35,810 nt of DNA from a candidate division WOR-3 bacterium (GTDB lineage: Bacteria > Hydrothermota > Hydrothermia > LBFQ01 > DSFT01). The position numbers and the translations under genes are program-made. Location of the stretch: positions 1-35,810 of the forward strand of contig CBFGJN010000004.1 of NCBI GenBank assembly GCA_965649115.1, read 5' to 3'. This document shows, in pieces, positions 18,331 through 26,416 of this stretch. How positions within the stretch are numbered: position 1 is the first letter of the stretch; each line of letters starts with the position of its first letter. Below the pieces are notes generated by a model that saw nothing but the letters and a program-made list of their open reading frames with translations, made no database searches and was not told where the DNA came from.

Positions 18331-18737
18331 TACTCAATATTTGCTCTTGGTCTTGGTGCTTGACGAGTTATTGTTTCTTGTTTTTGTTGAACTTTTTGAG
18401 CTTGCTTTAATGTTTCAAGTTTATCAATTTTAACAAGTTTATATATTGTCTCTTCAATTAATAAGTAATAATCATCACCATATCTAAAAACAGGATAATC
18501 ACCTACCCACTCACCGTCTCTTTTTAGTTTTATTATGTCAGTTTCTTCAACCTTGAAACCTCTTTGCCTTGCCAAAATTTCAGTAGCAATAATTGAAATT
18601 ATATCAGGATTTTGACTTACATAATCAAGAAGTTCAGATGGAATTTTTATATCACTTATACCTAATTCACCTGCTGCTAGTAAAGCGAGTTCTTTTTTTG
18701 AAAGTTTTGATAATTCGTCATATAATTTATCCCGCAT
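18330..18737 (-). CDS. Hypothetical protein (135 aa), first gene of the accC-nth unit
   Basis: Clean ORF coupled to accC; TAAAAT box 7 nt upstream of the ATG; no family recognised. Confidence 0.7.
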   Translation of the reverse strand: MRDKLYDELSKLSKKELALLAAGELGISDIKIPSELLDYVSQNPDIISIIATEILARQRGFKVEETDIIKLKRDGEWVGDYPVFRYGDDYYLLIEETIYKLVKIDKLETLKQAQKVQQKQETITRQAPRPRANIE

Positions 18738-18772
18738 AATGAAAATTTTAAAGGATAAAAATTTTATTTTTG

Positions 18773-18952
18773 TGCTGTGTCCAAAAATTCTGGAATTATT
18801 TATTTTTCAAAAGCCTTCGGCTTTAAAGTACCCATTTTTTGCTTTGGGGGGCAGAGCCCCCCTAATAATCCCCCCATAAAATCTATAATTTCCTCAAAGC
18901 TTTTATAAATTATTGATTATCAATCGCTTAACAATAATTATTGGACAAAGCA
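18773..18952 (-). mobile_element. MITE copy E7 (180 bp, orientation B)
   Basis: Ends TGCTGTGTCCAAAAATT / AATTATTGGACAAAGCA; left flank TTATTTTTG (18764-18772). Confidence 0.9.
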
Positions 18953-18961
18953 AAATTTTTA

Positions 18962-19153
18962 TGCTGTGTCTAGTAATTCTGAAATGTAGATTATTTCTTA
19001 TTTTGCCCGCCCTCCCTGAAAATAAGGCGGAGCCTTATAAACGCCCATTTTTCGGCAGAGGGGGGGCTTTGCCCCCATAAAATCAATAGTTTTATTGAAA
19101 TTTTCGTAAGTCATTGATAATCAAGCATTTAGCAATAATTACTGGACAAAGCA
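18962..19153 (-). mobile_element. MITE copy E8 (192 bp, orientation B), tandem with E7
   Basis: Ends TGCTGTGTCTAGTAATT / AATTACTGGACAAAGCA; begins 9 nt after E7; right flank TTATTTTTG (19154-19162) duplicates the left flank of E7. Confidence 0.9.
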
Positions 19154-19162
19154 TTATTTTTG

Positions 19163-19240
19163 TGCATTTTTTGCCTTAATTTCAGCGTTTTTCCCACCCG
19201 CCTTGGAATAAAGGCTGAGACTTTATAATGCCCTCTTTAT
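19163..19240 (-). repeat. Degenerate older MITE remnant
   Basis: TTCCCACCCGCCTTGGAATAAAGGCTGAGACTTTATAATGCCC aligns by eye with E8 TTGCCCGCCCTCCCTGAAAATAAGGCGGAGCCTTATAAACGCCC; boundaries approximate. Confidence 0.6.
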
Positions 19241-19304
19241 TAAGTTTTTCTTATGCTTTAAAATTTCAAGCTCAAAAGAATTCCTTATATTAGAATTTTT
19301 CTTT

Positions 19305-19321
19305 TTATGCTTTATAATTTT
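19305..19321 (+). promoter_or_regulatory. Putative promoter of the tRNA-Trp/rpmG/secE/nusG operon
   Basis: TATGCTTTATAATTTT (TATAAT 19313-19318); a second similar box TATGCTTTAAAATTT has its hexamer at 19259-19264. Confidence 0.6.
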
Positions 19322-19334
19322 CGCACTTGCTGAT

Positions 19335-19408
<74 letters not shown>

Positions 19409-19411
19409 CTT

Positions 19412-19561
19412 ATGCGTATTGTGATAGCCTTAGAGTGTAAGGTTTGTGGCAGGAGGAACTACAAAACAACAAAAAACAGGGATAAGAAAGAAAAATTAAG
19501 TTTGATGAAGTATTGTAAGTGGTGTAAGAAACATACTGAACACAACGAGAAAAAGGTTTAA
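19412..19561 (+). CDS. rpmG: 50S ribosomal protein L33, Zn-ribbon form (not in ORF track)
   Basis: Translated by hand: MRIVIALECKVCGRRNYKTTKNRDKKEKLSLMKYCKWCKKHTEHNEKKV (49 aa, two CxxC). Confidence 0.96.
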   Translation: MRIVIALECKVCGRRNYKTTKNRDKKEKLSLMKYCKWCKKHTEHNEKKV

Positions 19562-19565
19562 AAGT

Positions 19566-19781
19566 ATGAATAAGTTCTTATCAACATTAAAAAGTTTTCC
19601 TAAGTTTATATCTGAGTCTATTGAAGAGACGAAGAAATTAACATTTCCAACGAAAGAATCAATAATTGCTGGAACTTCTGCTGTTTTTATCGTTTCAATA
19701 ATTCTTTCAATTTATATATTTTTAATTGATTTTATTGTTTCGCAAATTATAGCATATATTATAAAAGTTTTTGGAGGATGA
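19566..19781 (+). CDS. secE: Preprotein translocase subunit SecE
   Basis: E.KKLTFPT motif followed by one TM helix; lies between rpmG and nusG. Confidence 0.92.
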   Translation: MNKFLSTLKSFPKFISESIEETKKLTFPTKESIIAGTSAVFIVSIILSIYIFLIDFIVSQIIAYIIKVFGG

Positions 19782-19785
19782 TTTT

Positions 19786-20379
19786 ATGGAAAAGAAAGAA
19801 AAAGTTTGGATTGTTTTTTATACAAGAGCAGGCAGAGAAAAGAAGGCAGAGCAAATTATAAAAGGTCTTATTGAAAATATGGACTTAAAAGACAGAATAA
19901 GTAGAGTTTTAGTTCCTTCTAAATTAATGGAAAAAGTTAGAAATATCAAAAATAGCATAAGGAGAGTTTCCTTTGAAAAACCTATATATAAAGGTTATAT
20001 TTTCGTTGAGATGGAAGAAGATCCTGACCTTGTTGATTTAATATCAAAGGCTGCAGGAATAAAAGCTTTACTTAAAAAAGAAGAGGAAAAGAGTGAGAAG
20101 GGTCCTGGAAACATTGTTAGGTGGACATTTTTAAAGCTTTCAAAAGATGAAATAGATTATATAGAAAAAATCGTTGAGTTAGAAAATAGAAAAAAGGAAG
20201 AAAAAACACCATTCCTTAAAGGTCAAAAGGTCAGGATTGTTGCAGGTCCTATGAAGGACATGCAGGGTGAAGTTATAGATGTTAATAAAGAGAAAGGTAA
20301 ATTAAAAGTTAAAGTTGAGATATTTGGTAGGCCAAGTGAAGTTGAAGTAGATTTTATACAAGTTGAAAGTCTAACATAA
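19786..20379 (+). CDS. nusG: Transcription elongation factor NusG
   Basis: NGN domain ([14 protein letters not shown]) and KOW ([10 protein letters not shown]..; VEIFGR); start set at ATG 19786 behind GGAGG (19773-19777). Confidence 0.93.
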   Translation: MEKKEKVWIVFYTRAGREKKAEQIIKGLIENMDLKDRISRVLVPSKLMEKVRNIKNSIRRVSFEKPIYKGYIFVEMEEDPDLVDLISKAAGIKALLKKEEEKSEKGPGNIVRWTFLKLSKDEIDYIEKIVELENRKKEEKTPFLKGQKVRIVAGPMKDMQGEVIDVNKEKGKLKVKVEIFGRPSEVEVDFIQVESLT

Positions 20380-20393
20380 AGAAGGAGGTTTAT

Positions 20394-20828
20394 ATGGCTG
20401 CTAAAAAGGAAGTTGTTGCTAAGGTGAAATTACAATTACCTGCTGGTCAGGCTACGCCTGCTCCTCCTGTTGGTCCTGCACTTGGACAGCATGGTGTTAA
20501 TATAATGGATTTTGTTAAAAAGTTTAACGATGCAACAAGAGATAAAATGGGAATGATTTTACCTGTTGAGATAACAATATATAAAGACAGAACTTATGAA
20601 TTTGTTGTAAAAACGCCACCTGCTTCATTTTTAATTAAAAAAGCAGCGGGAATTGAAGTTGGAGCACATAGACCTGGTCATGAGGTTGTTGGTAAAATAA
20701 CAAGAAAACAACTAAGGGAGATAGCTCAAATTAAACTTCCTGATCTAAATACGGATAATATAGAGGCTGCTATGAGAATTATAGAAGGAACTGCAAGAAA
20801 CATGGGTATTCAGATTGTGGAGGATTAA
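20394..20828 (+). CDS. rplK: 50S ribosomal protein L11
   Basis: [30 protein letters not shown]. Confidence 0.98.
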   Translation: MAAKKEVVAKVKLQLPAGQATPAPPVGPALGQHGVNIMDFVKKFNDATRDKMGMILPVEITIYKDRTYEFVVKTPPASFLIKKAAGIEVGAHRPGHEVVGKITRKQLREIAQIKLPDLNTDNIEAAMRIIEGTARNMGIQIVED

Positions 20829-20831
20829 AGC

Positions 20832-21551
20832 ATGGCTAAGCATGGGAAAAGATACTTAGAATTGCTTAAAAAGTTTGATCTGACGAAAGAGTATCCACTA
20901 AAAGAAGCTGTTGAAATCGTTAAAAATTTAAAAAGTGCAAAATTTGATGAGACTGTTGAATTATCAATAAAAACAAATCTTGACCCTACTAAGGCTGATC
21001 AAATTTTAAGAGGTGCTGTTGTTCTTCCATACGGTAGAGGTAAAACAGTTAGGGTTCTGGTTATTGTTAGGGATCCTGAAAAGGAAAAGGAAGCAAAAGA
21101 AGCAGGAGCTGATTATGTTGGGTATAATGAGTATTTGGAGAAGATAAAAGAAGGTTGGCTTGATTTTGATGCTATTGTTGCCACACCAGATGTAATGCCC
21201 GAACTTGGAAAACTTGGTAAGATATTAGGACCGAGAGGTCTTATGCCTTCTCCAAAAACGGGAACTGTCACAAATGAAATAAAGCAAGTGGTTAGCGAGT
21301 TAAAGAAAGGAAGAATAGAATACAAACTTGACAAAAGTGGAAATTTACACTTGCCCGTTGGTAAATCTTCTTTTCCATCAGAATATATTTATGAAAATGT
21401 TTTAGCTGTTTTTGATGAAATTTTAAAAAATAAGCCTTCTGGTGCTAAGGGTTCATTTATAAAGTCTGCTTATCTTTCATTAACTATGAGTCCATCTGTA
21501 AAGCTATCTTTGAATGATATTTATAAGTTAGTAAGGGAGAGAGCAAAATGA
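20832..21551 (+). CDS. rplA: 50S ribosomal protein L1
   Basis: [28 protein letters not shown]. Confidence 0.98.
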   Translation: MAKHGKRYLELLKKFDLTKEYPLKEAVEIVKNLKSAKFDETVELSIKTNLDPTKADQILRGAVVLPYGRGKTVRVLVIVRDPEKEKEAKEAGADYVGYNEYLEKIKEGWLDFDAIVATPDVMPELGKLGKILGPRGLMPSPKTGTVTNEIKQVVSELKKGRIEYKLDKSGNLHLPVGKSSFPSEYIYENVLAVFDEILKNKPSGAKGSFIKSAYLSLTMSPSVKLSLNDIYKLVRERAK

Positions 21552-22072
21552 TAAGTCCTTCAAAACAAAAGAAAATTGATATTGTTAATGAAGCCAAAAA
21601 TTTAATTTTAAATTCAAAGGGATTTTATATTATAGACTATAAAGGTTGGAATGTCGCAGAAATAAATACACTTAGAAGAAAGTTAAGGGAAAAACAAGCA
21701 CAAATGAAAGTTATTAAAAATACTTTATTTACTATTGCTCTAAAAGATTTGAATATAAATGTTTTTGAAAAGTTTGAAGGAACTAATGCTTTTGTTTTTA
21801 TAAGGGGGGATGAGGTTGAACCGTTAAAAGTTATTTCTGAATTTATAAAAGAGACTAATAAAGGGTCTTTAAAAATTGGTTATATAAATGGTGTAAAGTA
21901 CGATTCTAATCAACTTGAAGTTCTTTCAAAATTACCACCTATAAGTGAGCTTAGAGCAAAAGTTATAGGGACAATAAATGCTCCAATTTATAGCTTAGTA
22001 TATAGCTTGAAAGCTCTATTAATTAATTTAGTGCTTGTTTTAAATCAAATAAAAAGCAAGAAGGAGGAATAG
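21548..22072 (+). CDS. rplJ: 50S ribosomal protein L10
   Basis: DYKG..V.E...LRR.LR, V.KNTLF..AL, LSKLP; operon position. Confidence 0.95.
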   Translation: MISPSKQKKIDIVNEAKNLILNSKGFYIIDYKGWNVAEINTLRRKLREKQAQMKVIKNTLFTIALKDLNINVFEKFEGTNAFVFIRGDEVEPLKVISEFIKETNKGSLKIGYINGVKYDSNQLEVLSKLPPISELRAKVIGTINAPIYSLVYSLKALLINLVLVLNQIKSKKEE

Positions 22073-22075
22073 CGC

Positions 22076-22462
22076 ATGGCTAAATTAACTGTTGAGCAGA
22101 TCGTTGAGGCTATTGAAAGCCTCAGTGTGATTGAACTTGCTGATCTTGTAAAAGCTCTTGAACAAAAATTTGGGGTATCTGCTGCTGTTCCCGTAGCAAC
22201 TGCTGTTGTTCAAGGAACAAGTTCAGCCACCTCTGCACCTGTTGAAGAGAAAACAACATTTGATGTAATACTTGCAGATGCAGGAGATAAAAAAATTCAA
22301 GTTCTAAAAGTTGTTAGAGAAATAACAGGTTTGGGATTAGCTGAAGCTAAGGCTTTACTTGAAAGCTTACCCAAACCTATCAAGGAAGGTGTTTCAAAAC
22401 AAGAAGCAGAGGAAATAAAGAAAAAACTTGAAGAAGCAGGTGCTAAGGTGGAACTAAAATAA
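22076..22462 (+). CDS. rplL: 50S ribosomal protein L7/L12
   Basis: [39 protein letters not shown]. Confidence 0.98.
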   Translation: MAKLTVEQIVEAIESLSVIELADLVKALEQKFGVSAAVPVATAVVQGTSSATSAPVEEKTTFDVILADAGDKKIQVLKVVREITGLGLAEAKALLESLPKPIKEGVSKQEAEEIKKKLEEAGAKVELK

Positions 22463-22466
22463 ACAA

Positions 22467-22487
22467 AGCCCCTCATGTTGGGGGGCT
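22467..22487 (+). other. GC-rich stem-loop between rplL and rpoB (possible attenuator, processing or stability hairpin)
   Basis: AGCCCCTCA-TGT-TGGGGGGCT, 9 bp with one G-U pair; no U-tract on the + strand. Confidence 0.55.
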
Positions 22488-22513
22488 AAAAACACAAATG
22501 GAGGTTAATCTCT

Positions 22514-25500
22514 ATGATTCAAAGAATTGGTTATAAAAAAGAACGTTTTGAAATGCCTGATCTTTTAAATATTCAGCTTGAATCTTATAAAAATTTTTTA
22601 TATGAAGGTTTAGGTGCTTTATTTAAAGAAGTTTTTCCTATCGTTGATTTACAAGAAAGGTACATTATTGAATATAAGGGTTATAAAGTTGGTGAGCCAA
22701 GGCACACGCCTGAAGAGTGCTTACAAAAAAATTTAACATATTCTATACCTATATTTGTTCGTATGAATCTTAAAAAAATTAGACCACAAACAAAAACTAT
22801 TGAATATGAAAAAGAGCAGGAGATTTATTTTGCTGATATTCCATATATGACAGAAAAAGGAACATTTATAATAAATGGTGTTGAAAGAGTTGTCTTAAAT
22901 CAGATTCATAGATCTCCCGGCGTTTATTTTATGATTCAAGAAAAGGAAACAGAAGTATATACAGCACTTTTAGTTCCTTATAGAGGTCCGTGGATTAGTT
23001 TTACTATTGATGGTTCAAAAGTTATAACAATGACTGTTTCTAAAAGAAGAAAAATTCCTATTACAAGATTTCTTAGAGTTTTAGGTTATGAAGATTATAG
23101 AGATATTATAAAAGAATTTTTACATCCAGAGGAGCTTGATATTGATGATGAAAAATTATTGATGGGAAAATATGTTTTAATTGATGATGCTGTTAGTTCG
23201 GAAACAGGTGAAGTAATTTTCAAAGTTCAAACTGAAACAGGGGAATTTAATAGAAGAGAAGTTACAGAAAAATTCATTCAAGATATGAAAAAAGATGGTG
23301 TTAAAATACTAAGGGTTGTTAGCTTACAGGACCCCGCAGCAGAGGCATTTATAACAACTTTTAGACAAGATAGGATTAAAGATGTTAATAAATCATTAGC
23401 TAATATATATAGGGTTTTAAGATATACACCTCCCAAAAGCACACAAGATGCAAGGGATTTTGTTGAGAAATTTTTCTTTTCAGGAGAAAAACTTTATCTT
23501 GGGGAGGTGGGGAGATATAAGCTTAATCTAAGATTAAAGCATGAAGAATTTGGATTTAATAAACCATCTGAAAATGAATACAGATTAACAAAAGAAGATG
23601 TTATTGTTATTATTAAAAGACTAATTAATTTATATAGAGGTGATGAGCCAGAGGATGATGTAGATGATATTTCAAATCGTAGAGTTAGAACTGTTGGAGA
23701 AAGATTGTATGAGCATTTTAGAACTTCTTTGATTAGAGCTTCAAGGGCAATAAAGGAAAAAATGCTTACAGAAATGGAAGATTTAACGCCTAAAAAGTTA
23801 TTTAATCCAAAATTATTAACTGCTTCATTTGCAAACTTCTTTACAACTGATACACTTTCGCAATTTTTAGACCAAACGAATCCATTATCAGAATTAACTC
23901 ATAAAAGAAGGATTTCTGCCCTAGGTAAAGGGGGTCTTTCAAGAGAAAATGCAGGTATTGAAGTTAGAGATGTTCATCCTTCACACTATGGAAGAATTTG
24001 TCCAATTGAAACACCTGAAGGTCAAAATATTGGATTAGTTATGTCATTAACAACATATGCGAAAGTAGATGATTTTGGATTTATTAGAACACCTTTAAGA
24101 AAAGTTAAAAATGGAACATTAACTGATGAAATTGTATATGTACCGCCGTATGAAGAGTACGAATATAAAATAGCAGGTGGCGATATTAGAGTAGATGAAA
24201 ATGGAAAAATTTTAGAAAAACGAATTTTAGTAAGACATAGAAGAACATATAAAATTGTTTCAGCTAAGGAAGTTGATTTTGTTGATGTTTCTCCAAGACA
24301 ACTTGTTTCTCCTTCTTCATCTCTAATTCCATTTTTGGAACATGATGATGCTAACAGAGCACTTATGGGTTCAAATATGCAAAGACAAGCTGTTCCTTTA
24401 CTATTGCCTGAGCCACCAATTGTTGGAACAGGCATGGAACAAAAAATAGCAAGGGATTCTGGAACACTTATATTAGCAAAAAGAGATGGAACTGTGACTT
24501 ATGTTGATGCTTATAAGGTTATCGTTATTCCAGATGATAAGGAAAAGGATTTCTTTGGCATTGATGAGTATAAACTTACAAAGTTTCAAAGATCAAATCA
24601 GGGAACAATAATTCATCATGTTCCTGTTGTTAGAGTTGGTCAAAAAGTTAAGAAAGGTGATATTATTGCAGAAATGGTGGCAGTTAAAGATGGTGAATTA
24701 TCACTTGGAAAGAATTTATTAGTTGCTTTTGTTCCTTGGTACGGTTATAATTTTGAAGATGCTATTGTTGTTTCTGAAAGATTTTGGAAAGATGATATAT
24801 TTACATCAATTCATATAGATGATTATGAAGTTGAAGTTAGAGAAACAAAGGCAGGTCCAGAAGAGATAACAAGAGACCTTCCTAATGAAAGTGAAGAAGC
24901 TTTAAGAAATCTTGATGAGTTCGGAATTGTTAGGGTTGGAACAGAAGTTAAACCTGATGATATCCTTGTTGGTAAAATATCTCCTGAAGGTGAGAAAGAA
25001 TTAACACCAGAGGAAAGGCTTCTTCAAGCTATATTTGGAGAGAAACTGAAAAGTGCAAGGAACGTGTCAAGAAAAGTCCCACCAGGGGTTAGTGGAACAG
25101 TTATAAAAACGATTATTCTTACAAAGTACTCTGAAAATCGTCTTAGTAAGGAAATTTTACAAGAAAGATTGAATGAAGTTGAAAGGAATTATAAGGAAAA
25201 CTTACAAAGGGTTAGAAATAGACTTCTTGAACTTTTAGAAGATACATTGAAAAATGTTGAATTCAAAGAGGATATTAAAAACAAATATGGTGAAATTATT
25301 TTCAAGGCTGGTGAGAAATTTTCAAAAGAAAAAGTTAAAAATCCTTTTGAAATTGAATGGAATGAAAGTTTTGTGGATGATAGTAAAATTATTAAGAAAA
25401 TAAAACGATTTTATGAACAAGCAGAAAAAATTATAAGTTCTATTGAGGAAAAGTATAAAATTGATAGTGAATTAGTTAAGAAAGGAGATGATTTGCCAGC

Positions 25501-26416
25501 AGGTGTGATACAACTAATAAAAGTTTATATTGCTCAAAGAAGAAGATTTGTTGTTGGTGATAAGATGGCAGGAAGGCATGGAAATAAAGGTGTTGTTTCA
25601 ATAATAGCACCTATTGAGGATATGCCGTTTTTAGATGATGGGACACCGGTAGATGTTGTTCTTAATCCCCTTGGTGTTCCTTCAAGAATGAATGTTGGTC
25701 AGATATTAGAAACATTATTAGGTTGGGCTGGTGTTGAACTGACTAAAAAATTAAGGAATTTACTAAAACAAAATAAAGATGTTTCTGAAATAAGGAAATT
25801 TCTATTAGATATTTACAAGCCCCATAAAGATAAAGAATTTATTGAGTTTTTAAGAAATGCCAAAGATTCCGAAATTATTGCTTATGCAAGAGAACTTGCT
25901 GAAAAAGGAATAAGATATGCATGTCCAGTATTTGAAGGACTTACTTTGGAAGAAGTTAAAGAACAGTTGAAGTTAGCAGGTTTGCCTGAAGATGGTAAAG
26001 TTAGATTAAGAGATGGTAGAACAGGTGAGTACTTTGATTATCCTGTTACAGTTGGCTATATGTACTTAATGAAACTTATTCATATGGTTGAAGATAAAAT
26101 TCATGCAAGAAGTATTGGTAAGTATTCACTTATTACTCAACAACCACTTGGTGGAAGGGCACACTTTGGTGGTCAAAGGTTTGGAGAAATGGAAGTTTGG
26201 GCTGCTGAGGCACATGGTGCTGCTTATGCACTTCAAGAATTATTAACAGTTAAAAGTGATGATGTAATTGGTAGAAATCTCTTGTATAGGTCAATTATAA
26301 GAAATAATTTACCACCAGAACCTGCTATGCCTGAATCCTTTAATGTTTTAGTTAAAAAGCTTAGAGGACTTTGCTTAGATGTTCAAGTTAAAACTGAAAA
26401 GGAGAGGAAATCATGA
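22514..26416 (+). CDS. rpoB: RNA polymerase beta subunit
   Basis: FIINGVERV, LSQFLDQTNPLSELTHKRR, CPIETPEG, GDKMAGRHGNKG, GGQRFGEME. Confidence 0.99.
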   Translation: MIQRIGYKKERFEMPDLLNIQLESYKNFLYEGLGALFKEVFPIVDLQERYIIEYKGYKVGEPRHTPEECLQKNLTYSIPIFVRMNLKKIRPQTKTIEYEKEQEIYFADIPYMTEKGTFIINGVERVVLNQIHRSPGVYFMIQEKETEVYTALLVPYRGPWISFTIDGSKVITMTVSKRRKIPITRFLRVLGYEDYRDIIKEFLHPEELDIDDEKLLMGKYVLIDDAVSSETGEVIFKVQTETGEFNRREVTEKFIQDMKKDGVKILRVVSLQDPAAEAFITTFRQDRIKDVNKSLANIYRVLRYTPPKSTQDARDFVEKFFFSGEKLYLGEVGRYKLNLRLKHEEFGFNKPSENEYRLTKEDVIVIIKRLINLYRGDEPEDDVDDISNRRVRTVGERLYEHFRTSLIRASRAIKEKMLTEMEDLTPKKLFNPKLLTASFANFFTTDTLSQFLDQTNPLSELTHKRRISALGKGGLSRENAGIEVRDVHPSHYGRICPIETPEGQNIGLVMSLTTYAKVDDFGFIRTPLRKVKNGTLTDEIVYVPPYEEYEYKIAGGDIRVDENGKILEKRILVRHRRTYKIVSAKEVDFVDVSPRQLVSPSSSLIPFLEHDDANRALMGSNMQRQAVPLLLPEPPIVGTGMEQKIARDSGTLILAKRDGTVTYVDAYKVIVIPDDKEKDFFGIDEYKLTKFQRSNQGTIIHHVPVVRVGQKVKKGDIIAEMVAVKDGELSLGKNLLVAFVPWYGYNFEDAIVVSERFWKDDIFTSIHIDDYEVEVRETKAGPEEITRDLPNESEEALRNLDEFGIVRVGTEVKPDDILVGKISPEGEKELTPEERLLQAIFGEKLKSARNVSRKVPPGVSGTVIKTIILTKYSENRLSKEILQERLNEVERNYKENLQRVRNRLLELLEDTLKNVEFKEDIKNKYGEIIFKAGEKFSKEKVKNPFEIEWNESFVDDSKIIKKIKRFYEQAEKIISSIEEKYKIDSELVKKGDDLPAGVIQLIKVYIAQRRRFVVGDKMAGRHGNKGVVSIIAPIEDMPFLDDGTPVDVVLNPLGVPSRMNVGQILETLLGWAGVELTKKLRNLLKQNKDVSEIRKFLLDIYKPHKDKEFIEFLRNAKDSEIIAYARELAEKGIRYACPVFEGLTLEEVKEQLKLAGLPEDGKVRLRDGRTGEYFDYPVTVGYMYLMKLIHMVEDKIHARSIGKYSLITQQPLGGRAHFGGQRFGEMEVWAAEAHGAAYALQELLTVKSDDVIGRNLLYRSIIRNNLPPEPAMPESFNVLVKKLRGLCLDVQVKTEKERKS

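Noticed and set aside
18773..19153. Tandem MITE copies as a CRISPR-like array
   Set aside because: Units are ~190 bp, divergent and TIR-bounded, with 9-nt linkers; this is transposon architecture, not a repeat-spacer array
23830..23935. Intrinsic rifampicin-resistance substitutions in RpoB
   Set aside because: Residues equivalent to E. coli Q513, D516, H526 and S531 are conserved (SQFLDQTNPLSELTHKRRIS)
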